The notes under the pieces were generated by a model, which saw only the letters and a program-made list of their open reading frames with translations, made no database searches and was not told where the DNA came from. A stretch of DNA of 64,000 nt, taken from Alphaproteobacteria bacterium (lineage in GTDB: Bacteria > Pseudomonadota > Alphaproteobacteria > UBA6615). Shown piece by piece: positions 51,154 to 61,833 of this stretch. The stretch's first letter is position 1, and each line of letters starts with the position of its first letter. The stretch spans positions 128,001-192,000 of the forward strand of contig CBDHEC010000057.1 in the NCBI GenBank assembly GCA_965261975.1, written 5' to 3'. The position numbers were made by a program, and so were the translations under genes.

Positions 51154-52683
51154 TCAGGATTTGTTGATCCGAACCGCGACAAACCGGCGGTCGCCGTTGC
51201 GGTTGATCTTGAGCAACACCGAACTGCGGTCATTCTCAAGCGCCTTGCGAATTTTCTCCGCAATCTGGCCCGGCGTGCTCACTTCCTCCTGGCTGACCTC
51301 GACGATCACATCGCCGGGGCGAAGGCTCTTTTCGGCCGCCGCACTGTCAGCTTCAACGCCGGTGATCACCACGCCGCGCAGATCGTCCGGCAGCGTAAAC
51401 TCTGCCCGCATCTGATCGGTGATGGACGTCACGGTAATACCGATGTCCTCGATCGCGGCTTCGTCGGGCTCGATCGCCTGACCACGCGGGCCGGCGGAAG
51501 CGAGTATCGGAACCTCTTCCTCGAGCTCACCGATCTGGACGCCCACGGTCACCAGGCGCTCATTGCGCCAAACCTCGACCGGCACGCTCTTGCCGATGTC
51601 CGTTTCGGCGACAATACGCGGCAACTCGCGCATGCTCGCGACCGGCTTGCCGTCAAAAGTCAGGATCACATCACCCGCCTCGATGCCGCTTTTCTCTGCC
51701 GGACCGGCAGCGGTCACGGATGACACCAGCGCGCCGCGTGCCTCACCCTCCAGGGCGATGCTCTCGGCGATCTCATCGGTCACCGACTGAATGCGAACTC
51801 CCAGCCAACCGCGGCGCGTCTGGCCGAAGTCACGCAGCTGGTCGATAACCCGCGAGGCGATGGATGACGGGATGGCGAACCCAACCCCGACACTACCGCC
51901 CGTCGGCGAGAAGATGGCGGTGTTAACACCAATGACTTCGCCATTCATGTTGAACATCGGTCCGCCCGAGTTGCCGCGGTTGATGGATGCATCGGTCTGC
52001 AGGAAGCTGTCATAGGGTCCCTGGCGGATGTCGCGCTGACGGGCCGAAATGATGCCGGCGGTCACAGTGCCGCCGAGACCGAACGGGTTGCCGATGGCGA
52101 CCACCCAGTCACCCACGCGGGCCACGCTCGAATTGCCCCAGGGGACGAACGGCAGATCGCGTTCCGTCTCGACACGGAGCAGCGCCAGGTCTGTCTTCGG
52201 GTCCCGGCCCAACAACTCCGCCTTGAGCTGGGTGTCGTCCGACAGGGTGACCGTGATCTCATCGGCGCCATCAATTACATGATTGTTGGTCACGACCAGC
52301 CCGCTGGGATCAATGATGAATCCGGAGCCCAGCGATGTGGCACGGCGCGGCGCGCCCTGTTGATTGCGATTGAAGAAATCCTTGAACATGTCGCCAAATG
52401 GCGATCCCGGCGGGGCCTGGGGAATATCCGGTCCGCGACCCTGGCTCTGGCCCTGATTGACCAGCTGGGTGCTGGATATATTCACGACCGTGGGCAGCAA
52501 CCGTTCGGCCAGATCGGCAAACGAGTCCGGCGCGGACTTCGCCGACGCCGGCAGTGCCGAGACGACAAGGGCGACGATCAGCACGATTCCCATCAGGAAT
52601 GTGCTCGCCGCACCGGCGCGGCCGGCTGTCCAGCCGACCAGCGCGCGAGATGGTTGAGGTTGTTTTGCGTACATTTTTTCCAT
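51154..52683 (-). CDS. degP: Periplasmic serine protease Do/DegP/DegQ
   Basis: GSGF, TNNHV and GNSGGP motifs; two PDZ domains; exact start uncertain. Confidence 0.92.
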   Translation of the reverse strand: MEKMYAKQPQPSRALVGWTAGRAGAASTFLMGIVLIVALVVSALPASAKSAPDSFADLAERLLPTVVNISSTQLVNQGQSQGRGPDIPQAPPGSPFGDMFKDFFNRNQQGAPRRATSLGSGFIIDPSGLVVTNNHVIDGADEITVTLSDDTQLKAELLGRDPKTDLALLRVETERDLPFVPWGNSSVARVGDWVVAIGNPFGLGGTVTAGIISARQRDIRQGPYDSFLQTDASINRGNSGGPMFNMNGEVIGVNTAIFSPTGGSVGVGFAIPSSIASRVIDQLRDFGQTRRGWLGVRIQSVTDEIAESIALEGEARGALVSSVTAAGPAEKSGIEAGDVILTFDGKPVASMRELPRIVAETDIGKSVPVEVWRNERLVTVGVQIGELEEEVPILASAGPRGQAIEPDEAAIEDIGITVTSITDQMRAEFTLPDDLRGVVITGVEADSAAAEKSLRPGDVIVEVSQEEVSTPGQIAEKIRKALENDRSSVLLKINRNGDRRFVAVRINKS

Positions 52684-52920
52684 TACTCCCATTCCAGGCA
52701 TTCTGTGCCTTCCGCCGCGCCCTTGGCCATCGGTCCTGTCGATATGTGAAACACGAACTGATCGTTCAAGGGCGCTCCCGAACACACGGCGACACCCGAG
52801 CCGCCGAATACCGATATGGAACCCAAACATGGTCGGAATTGGGCATCCTCCCGGCACATTTGGGGCATCGCGGCATTACGCATGACATTCGCGTGAACCC
52901 CCGCAACACACCCGGCCCGA

Positions 52921-53136
52921 TCAGAGCTGTACGACCTTCAGGAGCACCAGCAGCCCAAACCCGGCAACCGCGGCAACGACACCGCCCGAACGCAAGGTCG
53001 CTTCCGGCACGCTGGTCATCTGGGACAACAGGCGCTTCATCATGTTGGGCGCCACCGCATAGATCAGGCCTTCGACAATCAGAACCAGCGCAAACCCGAT
53101 GAGCAGAAAGCTGCCCCAGAGCAGGAGTTGTCCCAT
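52921..53136 (-). CDS. DUF2065 small membrane protein
   Basis: LVLIVEGL...LRSGG pattern; follows hflC. Confidence 0.85.
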   Translation of the reverse strand: MGQLLLWGSFLLIGFALVLIVEGLIYAVAPNMMKRLLSQMTSVPEATLRSGGVVAAVAGFGLLVLLKVVQL

Positions 53137-53142
53137 ACGCTC

Positions 53143-54042
53143 CTACCTGGCTTCTCGGTCCGACACCCGATCTCGGCCGCCCTGCAGACTTCCGAAATAC
53201 TTGAAGAAGTCGCTGTCCGGCGACAGGACCATCGTGGTCCCTTCCCGTGCGAAGGTCTCCTTATAGGCTTCCAGCGAACGGAAGAACTCGAAGAACTCGG
53301 CGTCCTTGCCATAGGATTCGCCCAGGATCGCGTTACGGGTCGCATCGCCCGCACCACGCAAAGACACGGCCTCGCGTTGTGCCTCGGCCACGATTTCAAT
53401 TTGCTGACGATCGGCCTCAGCGCGGATACGGCGGGCATTCTCCTCACCCTCCGCACGCAGCAGGTTGGCTTGCCGCTCACGCTCTGTGCGCATCCGCTCA
53501 TACACTGTCTGGGACACGGCTTCCGGCAACTCGGAACGACCGATCCGGATATCGACAACCTCGATCCCGAACCCGTCGGTCTCGTTGGCGACACCGTCGC
53601 GGATCGATTCCATGATCGCGTTGCGCTTGTCCGACAACAGGTCCTCGAGGTTCCGCTGGGCAACGAATTCCTTGACCGTCGAGGTCAGGATGTTGCCGAA
53701 CCGGTTTCCAAAGATCTGTTCGTCCCGCACGGTCTGAAAGAACTTCAGCGGGTCGGTGATCCGATATCTTGCAAACGCATCGACCAGGATACGTTTCTGA
53801 TCGCTCAGCAGCATTTCCTCGGCCGACGGATCGACGCTCAAGACCCGCTTGTCATACGTAACCACGTTCTGGATCAGCGGCACCTTGAAGTGCAGACCGG
53901 GTTCGCGAACCGTCCGCTTATGTTCACCCAGCTGCAGGACCAGGACCTGGTCCGTTTCCCGCACGGTGAACAAGGCGGAATTCAGCAGCACACCGGCAAG
54001 AATAATTATGCCGCCGATGATTGCGAGTTTTGCGCGGCTCAT
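53143..54042 (-). CDS. hflC: FtsH protease modulator HflC
   Basis: SPFH domain; ERM.TER and EFFEFFRSLEAY motifs. Confidence 0.95.
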   Translation of the reverse strand: MSRAKLAIIGGIIILAGVLLNSALFTVRETDQVLVLQLGEHKRTVREPGLHFKVPLIQNVVTYDKRVLSVDPSAEEMLLSDQKRILVDAFARYRITDPLKFFQTVRDEQIFGNRFGNILTSTVKEFVAQRNLEDLLSDKRNAIMESIRDGVANETDGFGIEVVDIRIGRSELPEAVSQTVYERMRTERERQANLLRAEGEENARRIRAEADRQQIEIVAEAQREAVSLRGAGDATRNAILGESYGKDAEFFEFFRSLEAYKETFAREGTTMVLSPDSDFFKYFGSLQGGRDRVSDREAR

Positions 54043-55196
54043 TGTTCGCCTCCGGAATTGTCTGATCGGTTACGATTTAGCTCATTGAGCGGCAGATACG
54101 GCACGACACCCTGGCCGCCTTCTGCGCCCTCATCGATGATGACCTTGTTGGCACCCTCCAGGACATCGCGCAGGGTCTCGATATAAAGCCGCCGACGCGT
54201 CACTTCGGGAGCCGCCTGGTAGGTCGCGAAAATCTGGTCGAAGCGCGCGGCTTCACCCTGGGCTTCCTTGATCACCCGCTCGCGGTACGCGGCAGCTTCC
54301 TCGAGGAGACCCGCCGCCTCACCACGCGCGGTCGGCACGATGCGGTTGCGATAGGCCTCAGCCTGGTTCTGCAAGCGTTCCTGGTCCTGCCGAGCGCGCT
54401 GCACGTCGTTGAAGGCATCAATGACGGGCGGCGGTGCTTCTGTCTTCTGAAGCTGCACACGCTCGATGTTGATGCCCGCGCCATAGCTGTCGAGGACCGC
54501 CTGCAGAAGTTCGCGGGTGTCGTCCTGAACACCTTCACGCGCGGTGGTCAGAAGGTCATCGAGCTTGGTCTGGCCAACCACTTCGCGCATGGCGCTTTCC
54601 GCCGCGGCCTTCACCGTTTCTTCCGGCTCCAGGATGTTGAATAGATAGTCGGCCGGGTTGGCGATCCGCCACTGAACGGTGAAATCCACGTCGGAGATGT
54701 TCTGGTCGCTCGTCAACATCAGCGATTCGCCCGTGATGTCGCGCGGAGAATTGGATCGGCCACCGAAATCATCGGCGTCCCGGAAACCTATATTCAACCG
54801 GTTGATCTGCGTAACCGCCGGGGTCAGCACTTCACCGATGGGGGTCGGCCAACGCCAGCGCAGGCCCGGTGCGGTCACCTGCTCGTTCCATTTGCCGAAC
54901 ACCAATTCGAGGCCGCGTTCGTTTTCCTGGACCCGATAGAAGCCGCTCAGGGCCCAGAGCACCAGGACGACAAGGACAACAATCGCAATCCCGCGACCGC
55001 TGCCAAACCCGCCCGGCATAATCCGGCGTACCTTGTCCTGGCTGCGACGAAGCATTTCTTCAATTTTGGGCTGCTGTCCGCCGCCCATGCCGCCGCCGCC
55101 ACTCGGTGGGCGTTGTCCGCCCCAGGGACCGCCGCCGCCACCACTGCCGCCGCCGCCCCATGGGCCACCGCCACCTCCCTGACTATTCCAAGGCAT
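54039..55196 (-). CDS. hflK: FtsH protease modulator HflK
   Basis: MPW Gly-rich N-terminus; AESAMREVVG and VTRRRLYIET motifs. Confidence 0.95.
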   Translation of the reverse strand: MPWNSQGGGGGPWGGGGSGGGGGPWGGQRPPSGGGGMGGGQQPKIEEMLRRSQDKVRRIMPGGFGSGRGIAIVVLVVLVLWALSGFYRVQENERGLELVFGKWNEQVTAPGLRWRWPTPIGEVLTPAVTQINRLNIGFRDADDFGGRSNSPRDITGESLMLTSDQNISDVDFTVQWRIANPADYLFNILEPEETVKAAAESAMREVVGQTKLDDLLTTAREGVQDDTRELLQAVLDSYGAGINIERVQLQKTEAPPPVIDAFNDVQRARQDQERLQNQAEAYRNRIVPTARGEAAGLLEEAAAYRERVIKEAQGEAARFDQIFATYQAAPEVTRRRLYIETLRDVLEGANKVIIDEGAEGGQGVVPYLPLNELNRNRSDNSGGEQ

Positions 55197-55380
55197 CACA
55201 AATTCCTTCGCCTGTAAGCTGGCGCCGGACCTGATGTTTGCCTTTGTGAGGCAAACGGCCACTGCACCGGGTTTATAAATCGATCACTCAGGCTTATATC
55301 ACACAACATCCCGTGAGGCGTGATCACGCCATGGCGACCAGTTCTAGACGATATTGTCTGTACACCCGGAGTTTTCAAGC

Positions 55381-56508
55381 ATGACGGACCTTTCTCAAGA
55401 CGATGTTCGCGCCGCTTTATGCACAATCATCGATCCCGTCAGCGGCAAAGACATCATTGCCAATGACATGGTCTCGGGCTTGGTGATCAAAGACCGCAAC
55501 ATCGGGTTCGCCATCGAGATCGATCCGGCAGACGCAGAACGCATGGAGCCGCTGCGCAAAGCCGCCGAACGCGCGGTCCTCGAACTCGACGGCGTATCGT
55601 CTGTTTCGGTGGTCCTGACCGCCCACAACACGGCCCCGACCCAGGCCGCGACAAACCCGGATTCCGGCGCGAAACCGGCGCCGCGCGGAAACGAGGCACC
55701 GGCGACATCCTTGTTGCCAGGCGTCGGGGCGATCGTCGCCGTGGCCAGCGGCAAGGGCGGAGTCGGCAAATCGACGACCGCGGTGAACCTCGCCGTCGCA
55801 CTCACCTCGCTGGGAAAGAAGGTCGGTATCCTCGATGCGGATGTCTACGGCCCCTCGCTGCCGCGCATGCTGGGGGTTTCGGACAAGCCCAAACCCCTGG
55901 CCAACAAAAAAATCGAGCCGCTGGAGGCGCATGGCGTCAAAGTCATGTCGATGGGCTTCATGGTGCCCGAAGACACCGCCATGGTCTGGCGCGGCCCGAT
56001 GGTGATCGGCGCGCTGGAACAGATGATGCGCGAGGTCGAATGGGGTGAGCTCGACGTCCTGATTGTCGACATGCCACCGGGCACCGGCGATGCGCAGTTG
56101 ACCATGGCCCAGCGGGTCCCGCTGGCCGGGGTGGTGATTGTGTCGACCCCACAGGACATCGCGCTGATCGACGCGCGCAAGGGGATGAACATGTTTGCCA
56201 AGGTCAATGTCCCCGTCCTTGGCATTGTCGAGAATATGAGCATGTTCATCTGCCCGAATTGCGGCGAGCAAACCAATATCTTCGGCCATGGCGGCGCGCG
56301 ATCCGAGGCCGAACGCCTGGGTTGTGACTTCCTCGGGGAGATCCCCCTCGATGTCGCCATCCGGATTACATCCGATTCCGGCCAGCCGATTACGGCCAGC
56401 GAACCCGACGGCCCCCACGCAGAGGCCTATCGCAATGTCGCCTCGGCCGTACTGGAAAAGGTTTCGACGGCAACAACCCGACCGGCCCCCAGCATCTCCA
56501 TCGAATAG
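55381..56508 (+). CDS. mrp: Mrp/ApbC Fe-S cluster carrier ATPase
   Basis: SGKGGVGKST, DADVYGPS, DMPPGTGD and CPNC motifs. Confidence 0.95.
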   Translation: MTDLSQDDVRAALCTIIDPVSGKDIIANDMVSGLVIKDRNIGFAIEIDPADAERMEPLRKAAERAVLELDGVSSVSVVLTAHNTAPTQAATNPDSGAKPAPRGNEAPATSLLPGVGAIVAVASGKGGVGKSTTAVNLAVALTSLGKKVGILDADVYGPSLPRMLGVSDKPKPLANKKIEPLEAHGVKVMSMGFMVPEDTAMVWRGPMVIGALEQMMREVEWGELDVLIVDMPPGTGDAQLTMAQRVPLAGVVIVSTPQDIALIDARKGMNMFAKVNVPVLGIVENMSMFICPNCGEQTNIFGHGGARSEAERLGCDFLGEIPLDVAIRITSDSGQPITASEPDGPHAEAYRNVASAVLEKVSTATTRPAPSISIE

Positions 56509-56850
56509 GCTAGTGCGCACAGCGGCTCGCGTGCCGGTCGCGCTTAGTTGATCGCTCGACACATCTTCGTGCGTTGTCGAATGGCATGTGACCACCCAGC
56601 TTGAAGGCAGAGGCGGGTCCCTGAGTTTCATGCCCGCATCGCGAAACCGTCGGGTCGGCGATCGGCCGTGCCCCGCAGGCCGCCGGCCACCTTGCCCCCC
56701 AAACGGCCGGCACCAAATGGTCTCCGGCCCGACGGATTTCATTGCCCATCGCCTCACAGACCGGAAGATTTTATTGCGCCGGTGGCGGAATGATTTCCCG
56801 GTCCTATGTGTTTACGAAGCACATCACCACGAACTTGCTGGAGATTTCAC

Positions 56851-57266
56851 ATGCGCAGCGCCACCCGAGCGGCAACCATCCTCATCATCGGCCTTCTGTT
56901 CAGCGCGCCGGCCCTGGCCATTGAGCCCGTCTACAGCGCCGACGGTGCCGCCATTCATGGTCACGACCCGGTGGCCTATTTCACCGAAGAAAAACCGGTG
57001 AAGGGCAGCGCCGCCCACAGCGCCACCCACGACGGCGCGACCTGTTCCTGGCCAACCCTGAAAAATATGCGCCCCAATATGGCGGCTACTGCGCCTGGGC
57101 CGTGGCGAACGGCTACACCGCCTCGACCGATCCGGACGCCTGGTCGATCAAGGACGGCAAGCTCTATCTGAACTACTCGAAGATCGTGCGCGCGCGCTGG
57201 GTCATCGACAAGTCAGGCAACATCGTCAAGGGCGACCAGAACTGGCCGGGCCTGCGCGACGGCTAA
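56851..57266 (+). pseudogene. Exported YHS-domain (seleno)protein-family gene with a frameshifting deletion
   Basis: AIHGHDPVAYF in one frame; RDLFLANPEKYAPQYGGYCAW...GKLYLNY in another; the WxFAS segment is missing. Confidence 0.8.
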
Positions 57267-57757
57267 TCCGGACCACTCGTTCGATCGAGGGTGACGAAGC
57301 TGAACGCCGGCATGTCACCCTCGGCCGGATGATCCACCCGCGATATCTCGCGCCAGACACTCTGATCAAGCGGCGGGAAATGCGTGTCGCCTTTCGCCGC
57401 AATATGGACTTCCGTCAGGTAAATTCGATCTGCGCGCGGCAACGCCAGCGCGTAGATTTGCGCACCCCCGATCACCATCACCTCGCGCGCGTCTCCCGCA
57501 GCGCGGAACGCAGCATCCAGATCGCTTACAACGGCAATATCCTCGCCGACGAAGGCGTTGTCGCGCGTCATGACGATGTTTGTTCGCCCCGGCAATGCGC
57601 GCCCGATTGACTGATGGGTCTTGCGCCCCATCACGATCGGATGGCCGGTCGTTGTTTCCTTGAAAAACTTCAGGTCTGCCGGGATGTGCCACGGCAGATC
57701 GCCGTCCCGGCCGATGACACCATTTTCGGCCATTGCGACAATCAACGAGACCCGCAT
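57263..57757 (-). CDS. folA: Dihydrofolate reductase
   Basis: VIG..GDLPWHIPADL, MGRKT and IGGAQIY motifs; start trimmed. Confidence 0.95.
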   Translation of the reverse strand: MRVSLIVAMAENGVIGRDGDLPWHIPADLKFFKETTTGHPIVMGRKTHQSIGRALPGRTNIVMTRDNAFVGEDIAVVSDLDAAFRAAGDAREVMVIGGAQIYALALPRADRIYLTEVHIAAKGDTHFPPLDQSVWREISRVDHPAEGDMPAFSFVTLDRTSGPD

Positions 57758-57761
57758 CAGC

Positions 57762-58556
57762 TCAGACCGCGACCTTCGCCGGGATGTGCGGGTGGAAGCG
57801 GTACCCGTCGAGGGTGAAGTCGTCATAGTCGAAGGCGAACAGATCATCGATCGCCGGATTCAACGTCATCTGCGGCAACGGGTAAGGCGTCCGCTCCAAC
57901 TGCGCGTCCGCCTGCTCGAGATGGTTCAGGTAGAGATGCGCATCGCCGAAGGTGTGGATGAACTCGCCGACCTCCAGTTTCGCGACCTGGGCAATCATCA
58001 TCGTCAGCAACGCGTAAGAGGCGATGTTGAACGGAACGCCGAGAAAAATATCGGCACTGCGCTGATACAACTGGCAGGAGAGTTTTCCGTCCGCGACATA
58101 GAACTGGAACAGGCAATGGCACGGCGGCAGCGCCATGGTGTCGACATCCGCGACATTCCAGGCCGACACAATGAGGCGGCGTGAATCGGGCCGCGTGCTG
58201 ATCTGCTCCACGAGGTTCTCGATCTGATCGATCCGGCTGCCGTCCGGCGCCGGCCAGGAGCGCCATTGGTGCCCATAGACCGGACCAAGATCGCCATCGT
58301 CATCGGCCCACTCGTTCCAGATCGACACCCCGTTATCGTTCAGATACTTGATGTTCGTGTCGCCCTTGAGAAACCAGAGCAACTCGTAGATCACCGATTT
58401 CATGTGGATCTTCTTGGTCGTCACGAGCGGGAAGCCGGCGCCGAGATCGAAACGCATCTGGTGACCGAAGACAGACAAGGTGCCGGTCCCTGTACGGTCC
58501 GTCCGCTCGGCGCCATTGTCGCGAACATGTCGCATCAGATCGAGATATTGCTGCAT
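57762..58556 (-). CDS. thyA: Thymidylate synthase
   Basis: [14 protein letters not shown] and [14 protein letters not shown] motifs. Confidence 0.97.
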   Translation of the reverse strand: MQQYLDLMRHVRDNGAERTDRTGTGTLSVFGHQMRFDLGAGFPLVTTKKIHMKSVIYELLWFLKGDTNIKYLNDNGVSIWNEWADDDGDLGPVYGHQWRSWPAPDGSRIDQIENLVEQISTRPDSRRLIVSAWNVADVDTMALPPCHCLFQFYVADGKLSCQLYQRSADIFLGVPFNIASYALLTMMIAQVAKLEVGEFIHTFGDAHLYLNHLEQADAQLERTPYPLPQMTLNPAIDDLFAFDYDDFTLDGYRFHPHIPAKVAV

Positions 58557-58710
58557 CGGGTCTCAGGTCTCGGATTGGGCTTGGCTGTGGCGTAAACCTA
58601 GTCCGCAACACGAGTCGCGGATATGCGCTGCACCCTGTGAAAAGCCGGTCCAACGGGGATAACCCGCCATAGTCCTTCGTATTTGCCGCCCCGACCCTAT
58701 ATAATGGGGT

Positions 58711-59008
58711 GTCGGGTTTACTCGACTATGGCGATAAACGTTTTGCGCAATAAACGTTCGGACCCGGGGGCAGTACCCGGCGCCTCCACCATTAATCTCG
58801 GATTTTCACGGCCCCGGCCGTGACCGTAATGGGGGCGAAACAGGATCGACGGGCGCGTAAAGGCTGAACTTTCGTCCGGCATGGTACCACCGATATCGGG
58901 CCATATTCATAGGTGCCAACGATAATGTTGAAACCTCTGCTATTGCCGCTTAATAACCGGTAACAAGCGCGGTTCGGGGGGCACCGGGCAACAGAAGCCC
59001 CCCACTTA
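58711..59008 (+). ncRNA. ssrA: Two-piece circularly permuted tmRNA
   Basis: Acceptor piece ends CGCCTCCACCA (58791); 39-nt IVS; coding piece starts GGGGGCGAAA (58831; G3-U70 pair); tag ANDNVETSAIAA* at 58915-58953; outer ends approximate. Confidence 0.92.
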
Positions 59009-59160
59009 CCTGCGCCGACGGGCCCGCCCTTCATATTGCATCCACATTTTCGCGATATTCTTGTTCGCCAAACCGTTGCTCTTCGCGGCGCGGTGCACGA
59101 TATTCACCCCTACCTAATGTTGACCAGCGTCCCGCGGGGATGCGCATCCAAATCGCGACC

Positions 59161-59712
59161 ATGACCGACGACCAAATGCGATACGATCAGATGGTGGAGA
59201 CCGCCCTCAGGGGCGTTGTCCGCGAGGCGTTGACCAGAACCCTTCACGAAGGGTTGCCGGGGGATCATCATTTTTATCTGACGTTCCGCACCCAGGCACC
59301 CGGGGTGTCAATTCCCGACTATCTCCACGATCAATATCCCGAAGAAATGACGATCGTGATGCAGCACCAATTCTGGGACCTGGTCGTCGAAGACAGCTTC
59401 TTTTCCATCACCCTCAGCTTCAAGAATCGCCCCGCCGAGCTTCGCATTCCCTATTCGGCACTGTCGGCGTTTGTCGACCCGTCGGTGAAGTTCGGACTTC
59501 AGTTCAATGTTGAAACCGGCAGCAGTGTGATGGTGCCGACGGTCCGTTCCGAGGGTGACCTGGTCCCGGTGCCCGACAACATGGCGACCGCGAGCGAGGC
59601 TGATGAAAACCGCACGGAAGGCGACGGCGATGACGCCCGGCCGGAAGCCGGTGCCGAGGATGACGGGGACGGCGCGGAAGTCGTCAATCTGGATCAGTTC
59701 CGCAAAAAATAG
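59161..59712 (+). CDS. sspB: ClpXP adaptor SspB (alpha-type)
   Basis: LPGDHHFYLTF, YPEEMTIV.QHQF and FVDPSV motifs; C-terminal VVNLDQFRKK. Confidence 0.93.
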   Translation: MTDDQMRYDQMVETALRGVVREALTRTLHEGLPGDHHFYLTFRTQAPGVSIPDYLHDQYPEEMTIVMQHQFWDLVVEDSFFSITLSFKNRPAELRIPYSALSAFVDPSVKFGLQFNVETGSSVMVPTVRSEGDLVPVPDNMATASEADENRTEGDGDDARPEAGAEDDGDGAEVVNLDQFRKK

Positions 59713-59724
59713 AAACGCGCGCGC

Positions 59725-60093
59725 ATGCCCCAGGGCCAGGAATTTGCCGAACACGCATGTGACCTGCTGACCAGCGTCGGCGCCCCCTTCGACCAGGGTA
59801 CGCGATTGCGCCGGATGTTCGGCGGTCACGGCATCTTCTGCGACGGGGTCATGTTTGCGCTGATCGCCGACGAGGTCCTGTATCTGAAAGTCGATGAAGA
59901 GACCAAACCCGCCTTCCTCGACGCCGGCTGTGAGCCATTTACCTACGACAAGTCGGGAAAATCGGTGGAATTGTCCTATCTGACGGTGCCCGACGATGCG
60001 GCCGAGGACATCGAGGAACTACGCCCCTGAGCACATATGGCGCTGGCCGCTGCCAATCGCGCCCAGTCGAAGAAGAAACCACGCAAAACCTGA
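59725..60093 (+). pseudogene. TfoX/Sxy N-terminal-domain protein with an in-frame TGA at 60028
   Basis: RRMFGGHG, MFALI and LYLKVD motifs; the frame continues past the TGA as AHMALAAANRA..KKKPRKT. Confidence 0.7.
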
Positions 60094-60160
60094 CGCGAAT
60101 GCGCGTTTGGCCTTTACCTATGGAATGCGGCGACGATAATGCGCGCCGAACCCGGAGAGA

Positions 60161-61558
60161 ATGATGACGAACAAGACCCGCACCGAAAGCGACACGATGG
60201 GCGAAGTGGCCGTCCCGGCCGACAAGTATTGGGGCGCCCAAACCCAACGCAGCATCGAGAATTTTCCGATCGGCGACGACCGCATGCCGACCGCGCTGGT
60301 ACGCGCGCTGGGTATTCAAAAACAGGCGGCCGCCAAGGCCAATCTGGCGCTCGGGCAACTCGAGCCGGACGTCGCAAACGCGGTGATCGAAGCTGCGCAG
60401 GAAGTCATCGACGGCAAGTTCGACGACAACTTCCCGCTGGTCGTCTGGCAAACAGGTTCCGGCACCCAGTCGAACATGAACGCCAATGAAGTCATCGCGA
60501 ACCGTGCGAATGAAATTCTGGGGGGCAAACCGGGCGACAAATCCCCGGTTCACCCGAACGACCATGTGAACCGCAGCCAGTCCTCAAACGACACCTTCCC
60601 TGCCGCGATGCATATCGCCGCGGCCATCGAGTTTCAGGACCGGCTGGTTCCCGGGCTTACCCATCTCAAGGACGCGCTCGAGGCCAAGGCGAAGAAGTTC
60701 GCGGACGTCATCAAGATTGGGCGCACCCACACCCAGGATGCGACCCCGCTGACACTGGGCCAGGAATTCTCGGGCTACGCGGCCCAGGTCGAGGCGGTCA
60801 TCTCCGGCATCGAACGCGCCACCCCCGACCTGCTGCAACTGGCCCAGGGCGGCACGGCCGTCGGCACGGGCCTGAACACGCCGATCGGTTTCGCCGAGCG
60901 CTTTGCCGAAGAAGTGGCCGGCATCACGGGCAAGCCGTTCGTCACAATGCCCAACAAGTTTGCCGGCCTGGCGGCCCATGATGCCATGGTCGCCGCATCG
61001 GGCGCCTTGAACGTCGGCGCGGCTGCAGCGATGAAGATCGCCAACGATATCCGGTTCCTCGGTTCGGGGCCGCGCAGCGGGATCGGCGAGCTGAGCCTGC
61101 CGGCAAACGAGCCCGGCTCATCGATCATGCCGGGCAAGATCAACCCGACCCAGTGCGAGGCGCTGACCATGGTGTCGGCAGAAATCATGGGCAACCACGT
61201 CGCGGTCACGGTGGCCGGCAGCAACGGTAATTTCGAACTGAACGTGTTCAAGCCGGTCATCATTTTCAACGTACTCCGCTCGGCACGCCTGCTCGGCGAT
61301 GCGTGCCGCAGCTTTACGGATCGCTGCGTCGACGGGATCGAGGCGAATCATGACCGGATCGCCGAGCTGATGGCCCAATCCCTGATGCTGGTGACCGCAC
61401 TCAATCCGCATATTGGGTACGATAATGCCGCGAAGGTCGCGAAAAAGGCGTTTTCAGACGGTAGTACCCTAAAAGAGGCCGCAATTGACTTGGGCCTGCT
61501 CACGGCAGAGCAGTATGATGAGTGGGTAAAACCGGAGAACATGATTAAGCCGACATGA
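60161..61558 (+). CDS. fumC: Class II fumarate hydratase
   Basis: [17 protein letters not shown] and [10 protein letters not shown] motifs. Confidence 0.97.
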   Translation: MMTNKTRTESDTMGEVAVPADKYWGAQTQRSIENFPIGDDRMPTALVRALGIQKQAAAKANLALGQLEPDVANAVIEAAQEVIDGKFDDNFPLVVWQTGSGTQSNMNANEVIANRANEILGGKPGDKSPVHPNDHVNRSQSSNDTFPAAMHIAAAIEFQDRLVPGLTHLKDALEAKAKKFADVIKIGRTHTQDATPLTLGQEFSGYAAQVEAVISGIERATPDLLQLAQGGTAVGTGLNTPIGFAERFAEEVAGITGKPFVTMPNKFAGLAAHDAMVAASGALNVGAAAAMKIANDIRFLGSGPRSGIGELSLPANEPGSSIMPGKINPTQCEALTMVSAEIMGNHVAVTVAGSNGNFELNVFKPVIIFNVLRSARLLGDACRSFTDRCVDGIEANHDRIAELMAQSLMLVTALNPHIGYDNAAKVAKKAFSDGSTLKEAAIDLGLLTAEQYDEWVKPENMIKPT

Positions 61559-61794
61559 TCAGCAACGTTGTCGATACCCTGCCGCGCCAGTCAGCGAACA
61601 AGAAACGTTCCGTCGTGGTCGCCGGGCACCGAACAAGCGTTTCCCTCGAGAATGTATTCTGGGAACATCTGCGCTCGATCGCCAAAACCCGGCGTATATC
61701 GGTGAACGAACTCGTGACCGAGATCGACCGCAACCGCGATGGCAGCCTGTCGAGCGCAATCCGGGTCTTCATCCTGAACGATCTTCGGAATTAG
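61555..61794 (+). CDS. Ribbon-helix-helix domain protein (RHH_4-type)
   Basis: [18 protein letters not shown] and LSSAIRVF motifs. Confidence 0.85.
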   Translation: MISNVVDTLPRQSANKKRSVVVAGHRTSVSLENVFWEHLRSIAKTRRISVNELVTEIDRNRDGSLSSAIRVFILNDLRN

Positions 61795-61833
61795 CGGCCT
61801 TCTCAGGCGGCTTCGGCCCGGCACCTGACCCGG

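Noticed and set aside
55070-55196. Gly-rich low-complexity repeat
   Set aside because: This is the normal N-terminus of alphaproteobacterial HflK.
56510-56850. 6S RNA
   Set aside because: No recognisable alphaproteobacterial 6S motifs are present, and the usual zapA/ygfA context is absent.
57080-57100. Selenocysteine in the YHS-family gene
   Set aside because: The GGYC codon is TGC (Cys), not TGA.
59725-60093. Genome-wide TGA=Trp recoding
   Set aside because: TGA terminates many intact genes here (e.g. the ADH, mreB, thyA, fumC), and Trp is otherwise encoded by TGG.
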